Source of the DNA: a bacterium
GTDB taxonomy: Bacteria > Fidelibacterota > Marinisomatia > Marinisomatales > UBA1611
Reading direction: 5' to 3'
Assembly: GCA_038127595.1 (NCBI GenBank)
Contig: JAYPIC010000012.1
Location: forward strand, 1-41,026
DNA length: 41,026 nucleotides
Each line of letters starts with the position of its first letter. Position 1 is the first letter of the stretch. The translations under genes and the position numbers were made by a program. Shown piece by piece: positions 18,948 to 30,300 of this stretch. Below the pieces are notes generated by a model. That model searched no databases, was not told the origin of the DNA, and saw nothing but the letters and a program-made list of their open reading frames with translations.

Positions 18948-20628
18948 TCTTTTATATAGATCTCTAACCATTATCACCTTATGCTTTAGCAAACAAGCAG
19001 AAATAAGAGAATCTTGGGCTGCTCTTCTTGATACAAATTTTGAGCAAATACATGCAACTCATCATATAAATAATCTTATAAGGCACAATGCCATCCCTCG
19101 TTCAAAAAAGGAGCAAGATTTACTAGATAGGATAGGAATTAAAGTTTTAGATGAGAAACTTTTAGTAATGATGCCTGAACAGATGGATGAGATATATCAA
19201 ACAACCCATTTTAACATTCATTATGATACTGATGGATCCTCTGGTAGCGTCTCATCAAATGATGTAAATAATAATAGTGTTCCTGACTACGTAGAAAATA
19301 TAGGATTAATCTTTGAGGATGTGTATCATTTTTTTAAAGATTCTATGGGTTATGATATTACATTTTTAAATAGCCAAAATGTTGGAAATAATAAATATGA
19401 TATATTCATTGATAATTTGCCTACAAACTATTTTGCAATAACCTACACAACATCCTTTATTAATCAAGCCAGTACTAGCTGTGGAAGCTATATAAAAATG
19501 CGTAATAATTATAATGGTGCAGCTTTTCAAAATATAACAGAGCTAGAAAATATTAAAATAACAGCTGCCCATGAATTCTTCCATGCAATACAATTTTCCT
19601 ATAATTGTTACGAACGATTCTGGCTTATGGAAGCAACAGCAGTTTGGTCTGAAGATGAAATATATAATGAAATAAATGACCACTATAGATATATGACATC
19701 CTGGTTTCAAAATTCCGCTAAACCAATCGATGATGAGTCGTCCCATATGTACGGCTCATTTATATTTTTTCAGTATATAGATGAGCATTTAGGTGGTTAT
19801 GAAACAATAAAAAATATTTGGGAGCGATCTCGATCAAATGCAAACTCTGTTAACGATGTAAGTTTTACATCAATAAATGAGGCATTAGAGAGTGTTGGTT
19901 CTAGTTTTTCTGGTGCGCTTAATAATATGCGAATTGCAAATAGGATAATGTCAAGCCACCAAAATGCTGATCCGTTCACATATATTGAGGCAGAATCATA
20001 CCCTGTAACGGGCCCACTAGAAATCGCGCAGCTTTATTTTGAAGATCAAATAATTGAATATTCTCAAAACTATTTAGCTGTCAATAGTGCTAATTATATA
20101 AAACTTGATTTAGTAGCACCCGCTAAGATTTCAATTAGTATTTTAGATGGATATGTAGATGATCTATTTCATGCAATAGTTTTCAAACATAAAGATAGAG
20201 ATGCATGGACAATTCGTAGTGGGAACAATTTCAATATTGATCCCTCTGTAGGAATTGACTGGGCAACCATAATTATTAATACACAAAGCCAAAATCAAGA
20301 TAGATGGTCGTATAAAACTAAAATTGAAAGCGGAATTTCGGAGGAACTTATCGTTAACAACACCTATCCCAATCCGTTCATAAAAAATGAAAATGAATTT
20401 ATTTCAAGATTCATATCAACTATTGATCAAAATATAAATATTTGCATTTATAATATTTTAGGTAAGCAAATATTCAAACATAAAATAGTATTGTTGAGCG
20501 GCGAGGAGCAGGAATTTAAATGGAATTTAAAAAACAATCGTGGAAATAAGATTTCTAGCGGTATTTATTTCCTTGAAATTAATGGCAAAAATGAAAGAAA
20601 AGTTAAAAAAGTAACTATTCTAAATTGA
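18934..20628 (+). CDS. Secreted gluzincin-type zinc metalloprotease (MXAN_6640-like) with T9SS-type C-terminal domain
   Basis: TAAHEFFHAIQF plus WLMEATAVWSED (third Zn ligand); CTD motifs YPNPF, IYNILG, SSGIYF, KKVTIL. Confidence 0.85.
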   Translation: MKINNLLYRSLTIITLCFSKQAEIRESWAALLDTNFEQIHATHHINNLIRHNAIPRSKKEQDLLDRIGIKVLDEKLLVMMPEQMDEIYQTTHFNIHYDTDGSSGSVSSNDVNNNSVPDYVENIGLIFEDVYHFFKDSMGYDITFLNSQNVGNNKYDIFIDNLPTNYFAITYTTSFINQASTSCGSYIKMRNNYNGAAFQNITELENIKITAAHEFFHAIQFSYNCYERFWLMEATAVWSEDEIYNEINDHYRYMTSWFQNSAKPIDDESSHMYGSFIFFQYIDEHLGGYETIKNIWERSRSNANSVNDVSFTSINEALESVGSSFSGALNNMRIANRIMSSHQNADPFTYIEAESYPVTGPLEIAQLYFEDQIIEYSQNYLAVNSANYIKLDLVAPAKISISILDGYVDDLFHAIVFKHKDRDAWTIRSGNNFNIDPSVGIDWATIIINTQSQNQDRWSYKTKIESGISEELIVNNTYPNPFIKNENEFISRFISTIDQNINICIYNILGKQIFKHKIVLLSGEEQEFKWNLKNNRGNKISSGIYFLEINGKNERKVKKVTILN

Positions 20629-21552
20629 TGATACTATCTTAGGTATTTCCTTTAAAATAAATTTATAGTTTAGAAAGTCATTATGATACTTATTTTGGTA
20701 CTTTTTTTTTATATCATTTTTGGTTACGTAAACTAAACCTTTACATTCTTTCCCCGCGATACTCTCTAGATTATTTACGTAATTTTCAAACTCATTCATC
20801 TGTTCACTGTAACCTTCAATTTTTTGACTCAAATTAAGAATAGTTTTGGAATAAGAAGATTCTTCACTGGCCAATAAGGATTCACTTATTTTTAAATTTA
20901 ATCTATCTAACTGAGAGTCGAGCTTACTTCTTTCATACATAAGGCCTTTAAGTTCTTGTGCAAACTCTTTAACCTCCTCTCGAATGAATATTAAACTATA
21001 ACCTTCTTTTTTAAAAATCTTAATCAATTGTTCAATCGAATTGTTATAAAGTTGCTGATTAAATATTATACCTGCACTATTTTTTTCTAAGGCATTAATT
21101 ATCTTGATTGCTCTTTCAGATTTACCCGATCTAGATATACCAATGTTTTTTTTACTAAATAGTTTTGTTTTTGATTTATTCAAACTAGCATTATCAAAGA
21201 TTTTCATCTTAGGACGCCTTCTTATCTGCCCTGCTATTTTTTTTTGCTTGGATAAATTAGTTTCGATGTTTTTTAATGATTTATTGATTTTTTCTATTTC
21301 TTTTTCTAATGCTAGATAAACCGGGAAATTAGTTTTTCTATATACACCCATCTTCTTTTTAATTGCCTTATCTAAAAACTTAACATTACTTTTTTCAATC
21401 TTCAGCCACTGCACGGTACTCATAACCTTAGCATCAAGAGATTGTACATCTCTTAAAACCCATATGCTAGGAAGTTGACTTGAACAGTTCTGAAATAAAA
21501 AAAGGGTTCCAACATAAATTGAAACCCTTATTACTTTAAAAAGCTGAAACAT
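20620..21552 (-). CDS. Predicted lipoprotein, Lys-rich coiled coil, unknown function
   Basis: Hydrophobic N-terminus ending FLFQNC-SS; long heptad-like helical segments. Confidence 0.65.
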   Translation of the reverse strand: MFQLFKVIRVSIYVGTLFLFQNCSSQLPSIWVLRDVQSLDAKVMSTVQWLKIEKSNVKFLDKAIKKKMGVYRKTNFPVYLALEKEIEKINKSLKNIETNLSKQKKIAGQIRRRPKMKIFDNASLNKSKTKLFSKKNIGISRSGKSERAIKIINALEKNSAGIIFNQQLYNNSIEQLIKIFKKEGYSLIFIREEVKEFAQELKGLMYERSKLDSQLDRLNLKISESLLASEESSYSKTILNLSQKIEGYSEQMNEFENYVNNLESIAGKECKGLVYVTKNDIKKKYQNKYHNDFLNYKFILKEIPKIVSSI

Positions 21553-21554
21553 TA

Positions 21555-21806
21555 CTAGGTCAACTGGCCATTATTTTCTAAGATTTGTAAATCATCAAAA
21601 CCGCCAATCGTTTTACCGTCTACAACAATTTGTGGAACTGTCCTTCCTCCTGTTATATCAAATAAATCTTCCCTAGACATTCCTCTCTCCTCAATATCTA
21701 TCTCGTCAAATGAAAATCCTCTTTCTGTTAACAATCTTTTCGCACTAGCACAGGGGCCACACCATGATGTCGAATATATTTTAATTTTTGATTCTTTATT
21801 TATCAT
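21555..21806 (-). CDS. Glutaredoxin (Grx3-like)
   Basis: IYSTSWCGPC, GRTVPQI, IGGFDDL. Confidence 0.92.
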   Translation of the reverse strand: MINKESKIKIYSTSWCGPCASAKRLLTERGFSFDEIDIEERGMSREDLFDITGGRTVPQIVVDGKTIGGFDDLQILENNGQLT

Positions 21807-21816
21807 AATAAGCCTT

Positions 21817-24800
21817 TTATTTTAATAACAACATTTTATTCACACTACTACTAGCATCATTAGAGACCACAAGGAAATATGTACCAGAACTAGCTTGTGA
21901 GCTATTATTTAATCTTCCATTCCATGAGAAAGTATAGTTACCAGGCACCAAAATTCCAGTATGAATATTTTTAACCAAACGACCCATCATATCAAATACT
22001 TCTAAATTGTAGGATTTACTCTCAGCTACCTGCAAATTAAAATTAACTTGGGGATTAAAGGGATTTGGGTATACGTCTACAACTGAAAAACTTTTTGGGA
22101 TTTGATTCTCATTAATGACTTTTAAAGGAGAAACATATGAATCCGGGTTTTCGGTTGTAAAACGAATGGCTCTACCATTTACTAATTCCGCTGCACCGGG
22201 CGCATAATTGTTATTGAAGATTATAGATAGGCCATCATTATTTCTAGGGGATTGAATTCCAACAGTTGAGTAATTTTTTGTAACATCTACATCGTATATT
22301 TCAAGATACTGAAAATCAATAACATTATCTCCTGAGTTTGTAGGCAATGTATTAGTACTATAGATAATGATCTCAAAAGTTTCTTCAGTTATTTCATCAT
22401 AGCCATTTAGCGCCCTAGACCATTCAATAACAAACCTTCCCTCGTTTTCGTCATGTCTCGTGTAAACCCTTATCCAATCTTCGCCAACAACCTCAAGGTC
22501 ATCCCAAAATGGAGCAAGCATGGCCTTAGGACTCATAAAAGAAGGAATAGACATATTCCAGAAGTAATCAATTCCACATGGAATTAGCGATGCCCATCCA
22601 TTGGAGCTAATAGTCATTTCATTAAAAAATTCACCATGATATTGTACTTGAAAAGGAAGCTGAATCGTTACATGATCATCATCATCTAATAAAAATTCAT
22701 TTGCACCTGTCCCACCATAAGCTGGATCAAGTTCAATCCAATCAAAAGTGGGGCTCAACTCAAAGTCAGTATCTGTGTCATCATAGGCCCAATAACCATA
22801 ATCACTGGGTGCAACCGGGACATTTTGAGAAAATGAACCAATAATGTACTCGACATTGTTACTAAAAAATACAGAGTCTGCATTTTGTAACTGCAATAAG
22901 AGCGTCATTGTACTTCCTGAGGCTAAATCGCCTACATTAAGCGTGTAATCAGTTTGATACACTCCAGATGAAAAGGGCTGAATAGTATGAACAAAATTTG
23001 CCCCATTGTCCTCTGTGATTTCTACACCATTTGATAAAGATTGAACTATAATTTTGATATCACTGTAATTCGCCGCAGAATAATTCTCTATTTGAAATGA
23101 AGGACTAAATGTTGACTGAGCTGAAATAGCATCAGCTGCAATACTCGCAATAATATTTATTGGTTCAATTTTAAGACCAATATTAAAAAGCTCAATTCCG
23201 TTAGAATCGGAAATTTTCCCTGTGGTACTATACTCAGAATTATTTCCTATAATTTGCAAATCATCAATTATAACGACAGCTGTATCACCCTCAGGTATTT
23301 GAGGTATTGAAAAAGCTATCTGATCAGGGTACACTCCATTAGTAAAATTAATTATTCCATCAAAAGCAGAGGACATAATATCTAGAGTATTGACTAATTT
23401 TATATTTAGACTAATATTACTTCCATAAGAGTTGGTACCATGAGATAGTTCAGATGAGGTATATGAATCAATCATTTTAAGACCATATTGATTATTGACG
23501 CCCTCGTTGATAGGTTTTGAAATATGCCCCTGAATAAATCCACCTTTATTTGCATAAATCTCTATTGAGCTCAACCCCTCCGTATCTAGATTATCTGTGT
23601 AAATACCGCTTTTTGAAGATATTCCTTTTGATACTATCTCCCCATTATTTAAAATTGCAATGACTGCATTTTCAACTGGATCTCCGGATGATGATTTTAC
23701 TTCAATATTGACATAACCATCTGATGATAAGATATCATTAGAAGTTATCATAAAAGCGTCTGGAGTATCAAGATAGACCTGCAAAGATGGATCGCCCAGA
23801 ATGTTATAAACATGAAAATAAAACTCTTGTGCCTCGCCTGGTTCATTTTGATTGGGAAATTCTTTTACAAGGCCAAACTGCCCAGCCATTAAGGCTGGAC
23901 CAAGCTCAGTAACATTGTAGTTGATCATTGCATCATACATAGAAGCATTAATCACATTATTATATTTAGTACTAGTATGAAGGTCAGACGGTCCTATAAA
24001 TGCTACTCCTCCCTTAGGATTGGTAGTAGTACCTCCTCTTAACATTGCCTCTGAAAAACATGGATCAACACTATTTGCAAAATCATTAGAATTACAAACG
24101 TAACTCATAAAAACAGGCGTTAACCAACCATTATTTAATCCATTCACATCATCCGCATGAAACTCAGGGTAATGCCACCCATTGGCATCTCCCCATCCTC
24201 GGTAGTTCACAATACCAACGCCATTATCAATGATTTCTGTGATGTATGGAGCACCCTGCTGTATGGGAGGATAGAATACAGTGTCTACAGAGCTGTAACC
24301 CAAATTTAAAAGTTCATCCCTAAGCCAATATGATGTCCACTTAGGAGTGATAGGAATTGGCGGAGTATTTGCATAGTTCCCAGCAACAACAAGAGCACGG
24401 TCCAGCCATTCCTGATCATACGCTAGTGGTTCTCTAGCATATGCTATCGTTTTAAGCATTATTACAGCTAGTTCGTAAGCAGAATCAATTGAGATTCTAC
24501 CTATAAAAACATCGGGGATATAGTCATCTCCCACGATATGGGTATACTTTTGATCGGTAACATCATTTTCGGGTCCGTAATAGTATGAAGGCATTTCTGC
24601 AAATCCATCCACATCACCAATCAGAAGAACATACTCCAGCATTGGATTCTCCATAAAATGATTGGTGATATAATTTTGCACATTACTTACATCTAGTTCA
24701 GAATCAGATAAAGATACTACTGTAACATCAAATCCTTGAGTTTTTTTAAATTCTGCAAAAACGTCTACATAGCCTTGCTGTACCAACCCCTCTCTCGCAA

Positions 24801-24996
24801 TGATTAAATATCCTCCCCTTATAGGAGATAATTGCTGCGGAAGAAGATCATAATTCTGAGTAACCTGATGCATAAAACTAATTGGTATGCTAGAACGAAG
24901 GATCTCCTCTTTGACCATTCCTCTGTAGGTGATATCACCAGCAAATGAGAATGCAAGAAATATTGAAAAAAATATTAGTTTTTTAATACGATACAT
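21817..24996 (-). CDS. C25 (gingipain-like) peptidase homologue with Ig-like/nidogen-like domains and T9SS-type CTD
   Basis: KKTQGFDV, YVLLIGD, PDVFIGRIS, NYRGWG...SYVCNS...CFSEAMLR, YNILGDPS; SSNGW..APFWDDL domain; CTD YPNPFNP, FDMMG, SSGTYF. Confidence 0.88.
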   Translation of the reverse strand: MYRIKKLIFFSIFLAFSFAGDITYRGMVKEEILRSSIPISFMHQVTQNYDLLPQQLSPIRGGYLIIAREGLVQQGYVDVFAEFKKTQGFDVTVVSLSDSELDVSNVQNYITNHFMENPMLEYVLLIGDVDGFAEMPSYYYGPENDVTDQKYTHIVGDDYIPDVFIGRISIDSAYELAVIMLKTIAYAREPLAYDQEWLDRALVVAGNYANTPPIPITPKWTSYWLRDELLNLGYSSVDTVFYPPIQQGAPYITEIIDNGVGIVNYRGWGDANGWHYPEFHADDVNGLNNGWLTPVFMSYVCNSNDFANSVDPCFSEAMLRGGTTTNPKGGVAFIGPSDLHTSTKYNNVINASMYDAMINYNVTELGPALMAGQFGLVKEFPNQNEPGEAQEFYFHVYNILGDPSLQVYLDTPDAFMITSNDILSSDGYVNIEVKSSSGDPVENAVIAILNNGEIVSKGISSKSGIYTDNLDTEGLSSIEIYANKGGFIQGHISKPINEGVNNQYGLKMIDSYTSSELSHGTNSYGSNISLNIKLVNTLDIMSSAFDGIINFTNGVYPDQIAFSIPQIPEGDTAVVIIDDLQIIGNNSEYSTTGKISDSNGIELFNIGLKIEPINIIASIAADAISAQSTFSPSFQIENYSAANYSDIKIIVQSLSNGVEITEDNGANFVHTIQPFSSGVYQTDYTLNVGDLASGSTMTLLLQLQNADSVFFSNNVEYIIGSFSQNVPVAPSDYGYWAYDDTDTDFELSPTFDWIELDPAYGGTGANEFLLDDDDHVTIQLPFQVQYHGEFFNEMTISSNGWASLIPCGIDYFWNMSIPSFMSPKAMLAPFWDDLEVVGEDWIRVYTRHDENEGRFVIEWSRALNGYDEITEETFEIIIYSTNTLPTNSGDNVIDFQYLEIYDVDVTKNYSTVGIQSPRNNDGLSIIFNNNYAPGAAELVNGRAIRFTTENPDSYVSPLKVINENQIPKSFSVVDVYPNPFNPQVNFNLQVAESKSYNLEVFDMMGRLVKNIHTGILVPGNYTFSWNGRLNNSSQASSGTYFLVVSNDASSSVNKMLLLK

Positions 24997-27299
24997 TTAC
25001 GAATTACTTTCTGATTTTTTGATTCAACTGAAACAAATAACATACCTGAACTTACTGTAGCTGTATTCAATTCGTTAAAATCTAAATTAAGAAAAAAATT
25101 TCCTCTAGCAAGTGATTCAAATCTTTTTCCATACACTTGCTGACCCAACACATTATATATCTTCACACTAGCAGGCCCACCTTGCCATGATTGAATATCT
25201 AAATTTATTTTCCCGAATGAGGGGTTTGGGAAAACCCTTTTTAAATTGAAATTAATTGCTGGAAGTTCAATGGAAGTAACTTCGGATGTCGACATAAAGG
25301 CATCATCCATAGAATGCAATGTAAGACCGTTTATATCCCAACCTCTATAATTTACTGTTTGATCCGTTTTAAACCATAGCTCCACTCTAAGGGAGTCAAA
25401 ACCATCGCGATCAATTACACTAAAATAATCAGATGAATATTCATCCCATTTATGCCCGCTCCATCCTATTCTCAAAAGTAAATTTTCATTTCCATTATAA
25501 ATTGCTACACCAACAGAATCATGATCCCATTCTATTTCATAGCGGTGATCAATTTTAAATGTTACTCTATTTGCTCCAGAAATATTGTAAAATGGAGATT
25601 TTATTTTTTGTAATCCCATGATTGAGTCATTGTTTGCATAATAGATATCTGACTGCGATAAAAGTTTTTCACCTGCAATGTGCCAACTATCTATTTCAGT
25701 AACCCAATTATTCCAATCCTCACTTAATACCATACTTTGGTAATCATATACTGGTACAGTAAAATTATAATTTTGATCAACATAAAGCTTTTTTTCCCAA
25801 GGCGTTCCCACAGTTGGAGAAATTATTAATTGGTAAGAGCCTTCACTCAGAGATAAATCAATGTATGAATCATTAATAAGTATCGTATCCGTATCAAATT
25901 CGCTTATAACTAAGCAATGCACATCATATGGTAGATTACCAGTTACTCCATAATCTAAATCAACCCTAACTAAATGCATCGGAGCAGGTTCAAGGAAAAA
26001 ATCAACATTTGTTATACCACTATTATTAGCAGTAATCGACTGCCTGATTGGAATGTAGCCTTTTCTAGTAACATTCAGATGATATGTTCCAGCATCAAGA
26101 ATGCGCCTGTAACGACCAAATTCGTTTGTTAATCTAGGTTTAAGCACTGAGCCAGAGTGTTCCTCAATTTCAACCTCTGCTCCAGAGATAGGAGTATTTG
26201 TGCTCGCATCATATACAATGCCCGTTACTTGGCCAGCATCTGTATAATAACCTATTGATCTATCGAGCAAATAAACCATAGCTGGCTTTGTTCTGCTAAT
26301 TGTGCTCTCAATTAATAGACTATCTGGTTGAAGATTGGATGTCCCGCATTCTACTAGATATTGAATACAGCCAGTTTCCCTGTAAAACCAGTCATGAAGT
26401 TTTCCATTCCTTGAGCCACTTAGTACAGATAAATATGAACCAGTACCATCTTCCTTTTCCATTAAATCTGAAAAAGAATCAGCAATTCCTTTCATTAGAT
26501 CTAAGTCGGGCGAGGGTTTGTTACCCTCCCAATTCCATGACGTAAATACTTTCTCAGATAATCTACCAGATCTAGAACTATGCCAAACAATTGAAAAGAC
26601 AAAATCATGTTCAAGAGCTAAATCTCTTATCGCTACGGCCTCGCTCTCAGAAAAAGGTGAAGGACCTCGATAATAATCATAATGTGAGCCGTAATCTGTT
26701 TCATCAAAGACTAAAAATGTATCCCCGAAGGTCCAATTAAACCCAAAATTTCTATTTAAATCTACTCCATCAACATCATTACCAATCGAGGGTTCAAAAT
26801 CAAATACTCCATTAGGCGTTACTCCTTCAGGAGAAAAATCGGTTTTATTTTTTCGGTATGTTACGTCAAGACCGTCATGAACAACACCTAATCCATCTGG
26901 ATTTGCTGAGGGGATCAACCAAATCTCTAAGTATGATCGTAGAATATTCATATGACTATAATCCTCAGGCCTAGGATCTAATAGATCCATCATCAAACTC
27001 AATACAACCTCGATGCCTAGAATTTCTTCCGCATGGACTTGCCCTACAAATAATGCCCTAGGTTCATCTTCCTTAACTGTAACATTATCTGAAATTTTTA
27101 CAGCTATTATAGGAATATTTTCTAACGATGAATAGCCAATAGTATCAACCAACATAATGTTTTGGTACTCTTCAATATTCGATAAAGAATCAATTAGTGA
27201 TACTATTTCTCCGTACGAGTGATATCTATCATCTAAGGATTCTGAATGCACTACTCCGATCAAAAATAATATAATTGTAAAGATTTTAAAATTTATCAT
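24975..27299 (-). CDS. M14 zinc carboxypeptidase with regulatory-like domain and T9SS-type CTD
   Basis: HAEE (HxxE), NPDG, RKN, GVDLNRNF, PFSESE, WHS, DWFY, VECG; G.V.D..T..PI.GA domain; CTD FPNP, IYNVLGQ, SSG. Confidence 0.9.
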   Translation of the reverse strand: MINFKIFTIILFLIGVVHSESLDDRYHSYGEIVSLIDSLSNIEEYQNIMLVDTIGYSSLENIPIIAVKISDNVTVKEDEPRALFVGQVHAEEILGIEVVLSLMMDLLDPRPEDYSHMNILRSYLEIWLIPSANPDGLGVVHDGLDVTYRKNKTDFSPEGVTPNGVFDFEPSIGNDVDGVDLNRNFGFNWTFGDTFLVFDETDYGSHYDYYRGPSPFSESEAVAIRDLALEHDFVFSIVWHSSRSGRLSEKVFTSWNWEGNKPSPDLDLMKGIADSFSDLMEKEDGTGSYLSVLSGSRNGKLHDWFYRETGCIQYLVECGTSNLQPDSLLIESTISRTKPAMVYLLDRSIGYYTDAGQVTGIVYDASTNTPISGAEVEIEEHSGSVLKPRLTNEFGRYRRILDAGTYHLNVTRKGYIPIRQSITANNSGITNVDFFLEPAPMHLVRVDLDYGVTGNLPYDVHCLVISEFDTDTILINDSYIDLSLSEGSYQLIISPTVGTPWEKKLYVDQNYNFTVPVYDYQSMVLSEDWNNWVTEIDSWHIAGEKLLSQSDIYYANNDSIMGLQKIKSPFYNISGANRVTFKIDHRYEIEWDHDSVGVAIYNGNENLLLRIGWSGHKWDEYSSDYFSVIDRDGFDSLRVELWFKTDQTVNYRGWDINGLTLHSMDDAFMSTSEVTSIELPAINFNLKRVFPNPSFGKINLDIQSWQGGPASVKIYNVLGQQVYGKRFESLARGNFFLNLDFNELNTATVSSGMLFVSVESKNQKVIRKCIVLKN

Positions 27300-27317
27300 A
27301 TAACGTAATGGAATATT

Positions 27318-27340
27318 TATTTAAAGTATTACTTTAAATA
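27318..27340. repeat. Perfect 11-1-11 inverted repeat
   Basis: TATTTAAAGTA-T-TACTTTAAATA spans the stop codon of the 1005-aa gene. Confidence 0.85.
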
Positions 27341-30300
27341 TGTAATCTTACCATTCACTACTTTATTTTCGAGTGTGAAAGTATAATAATACACTCCGCT
27401 TGATACCATTTTACCATAGACATTCTTTCCATCCCAAGACACCTGATGATAACCTTTTGATCCACTCATAATAATCTCATCAACAATAGTTCTTCCCGAA
27501 ATATCATAAACATTAAATTGCACTAACTGAGGGGAGTTAATCGTAAAATCAAATTTTACTTGTCCGTTGAATGGATTCGGATACACAGATTGAATGTTAA
27601 AGCTACTTGGAATAGTTACATTAGCTTTTTCATTTCTCGAGCTTAGAACATCTGATCTTCTGATAATTTTAGCATAATAATTAGCCAAATCCTCTTTTCC
27701 AGAACTCCTTAGATCAATCCAATGAAGAAGATGGTCTTCACCGTTGTATTTTGTAATAGCGGGTTTTTTCTGATCGTGGTACTCTACAGAAATAGGAATA
27801 CCATCTACACCGGTTGTTTTTCCAAAACCTGCAACATAAGCTGAACCATATAAATCAACTCCGTTTATAAGGAGTGGATCACTATTATAATATCCTCTAC
27901 CATCCTCCCAAATGATGATATATTCTCCAGCTGCAACAGATTTTACTAATGGCTTTTGTTGATTAGTAGTGTCAGAAGAAAAATAAATTTCGCTACCAGT
28001 AGGTCCGCTAGAGAGATCTATCTCTCGCCCTATTATATCGTAATCACTACCATTTCTATAATCTTCCCAAACAATAAATGCACTTGACCCGTTTTCATCT
28101 ATATCGAAAGAAATGGCAGATTGGTCATTTTCTTCAATTGATATAGGAGTGCCGTTACTTTCCCATTGAGCTTCACCATCCCAACCTATTTTCTGAGCGT
28201 ATATATCACTAAAATTACCCTCTTGATTCCACACAGCCAAAACTCCATCAGTATCTGAGATTTTTTTTACTGATAGATTATCTGCACCAATAGACTGATT
28301 ACTTAGGTTAAAGCCATTTGGAGGCCAGCCAGTAGAGACTTGTCCATTTAATTCTACTCTGTTGTATTTGAGTCTAGACGCAGGCCAAACTTCCTCAACC
28401 CAAAAAATTAAAAAAGATATACCATCAGGAGCTGGAATGACTGCCTGAATATAATCATCACCATTTGACTCAGCTACAGTAATACCTCCGGAAGATAACT
28501 GGGGATCACCATCTGGATTAAGAGATTGAAAAAATATATCAAACCCACTTAAAAAGCTTCTACTCTCTGACCAAAAACATCCAACTCCAACTCCACCAAG
28601 GTCAACTAAAAAGACATTTCTTTGATCATTCTCAGGAGTAAGAGCAACACCAGTTTGATCCCACACATTTTCCAGTTCTGTATTTAACTTATTTATACGG
28701 ATCTTTTTGGGGGTTGCCGTAGCATCAAAAGTAGCGGTATATATATATTCAGATGCATAAACCATTGTTGGGCTTGAGAGGTCTATCTCTGTTGAGGAAT
28801 TATCTGAAAATGAAATTTGATTACCGTTAAAATGAGAAAGTTCTCCTTCAGATAATACATTGCCATATAACTTTTTGCTTTCTCTGTTATCTTCCCACAT
28901 AAGTATGATACTCTCATCAGAATTTTTAAAACCGACATTATATTTTATATCTCCATCTAAGCCCTTTACAGCAAGTAAACTTCCTCCCTCAACCAATGAA
29001 GAAACTCCTTTAAAGTAAGACACCTTCAAGTCAATACTTCCAGACCCTTGGTCAGCATAAACTACAAAAACGCTATCACTGGCCCCTTTCATTATATTTG
29101 GAGCAAATTGGTATCCATCTTCATCCGAAACTACTATTGGGGAATTACTTTGAGGAGTGCCGTTTTGATCAAGACTTTGAAAAAGAATATCCACATCAGG
29201 GAAAACGCCTTTTTCCCAAAATATATCGACTCCACCTATGCTATTCGCAGCAAATCTACCGCTAAAATTAACACCCTCAGTTAAATCAACCTGAATACCA
29301 TCTCCCCATTGTGCAGCACCCGCCGGATTGACTTTCTGCATGAAAATATCACCGTCAACAGGGTCGAATCTCAAGTCTTTCCATGAAATAAATACACTAC
29401 CATCAGAACTTCTTTTAACCCTGGGACTAGTTTGAATCGCATTAAAATTCGATACGGGTTTTGCTTCAGCAAAAACTAATCCACTATTATTTACAAACTG
29501 ATAAAGTATTCTAGCACTTTCATCACCATATTTCCATGTGACCAATGAAGTTGTATTATTAACAAAAGTCGTTCGAGGTCTTGTTTCAGGGTCTAAGCTA
29601 TTAGCAATGGGAATACCATTCTCTTGAAAAAGAGGAGACATACTAACATCTAGCCGTTGTCCGTATATATCAATGTTTTCTCCTTGCCTTGAGTCAGACC
29701 AGCAAATAAATGCCTCATTATTTCCAGCATATTCTATACTCTTAGCTGATTGGGTTCCTCCTTGAACTACAATTGGAACACCGCTACCAGGCGAGACTAT
29801 ATTATAATTTGCGTCAACATGCGTACCGTATATATCATCATCAACACCACCTCGCTTATCCTGCCATGTAACATAAACACCACCTAAACTGTCCGTGCAC
29901 ATATTAATTGAAATTTGAGTTCCCTGCTGTTGAGCAAGAGCGACACCATTAGGATCCATTTGAATAGCACCAGATTCATTGACATGCTGTATAAAGATAT
30001 CTCCTGAATCATCAAATCTATAATCTACCCAGGCAATAAATGCACCGCCATTTCCATCTTCAATTGCAACAGGATCCTCTTGTCTTCCAGGTAAATTTGT
30101 AATTACAGCCCCATTGTCTCCCCAAGTAAAATTTCCATTTTTATCAATCTTATGAGCAAAAACATTCCTAACACCGTAACGTGTATCCGACCATACAAAA
30201 ATCGCAGAGCCATCTAAGCTTGGAGCTACAGTTCTATACCACTCGACATGCACCCCTTGTCTTATAGGTGATGCTTGATCAAATGTAAATGCATCTGCTT

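Noticed and set aside
18070..19979. Minus-strand ORFs 18070-18294, 19543-19746 and 19797-19979
   Set aside because: Antisense to the coupled plus-strand unit; no protein features.
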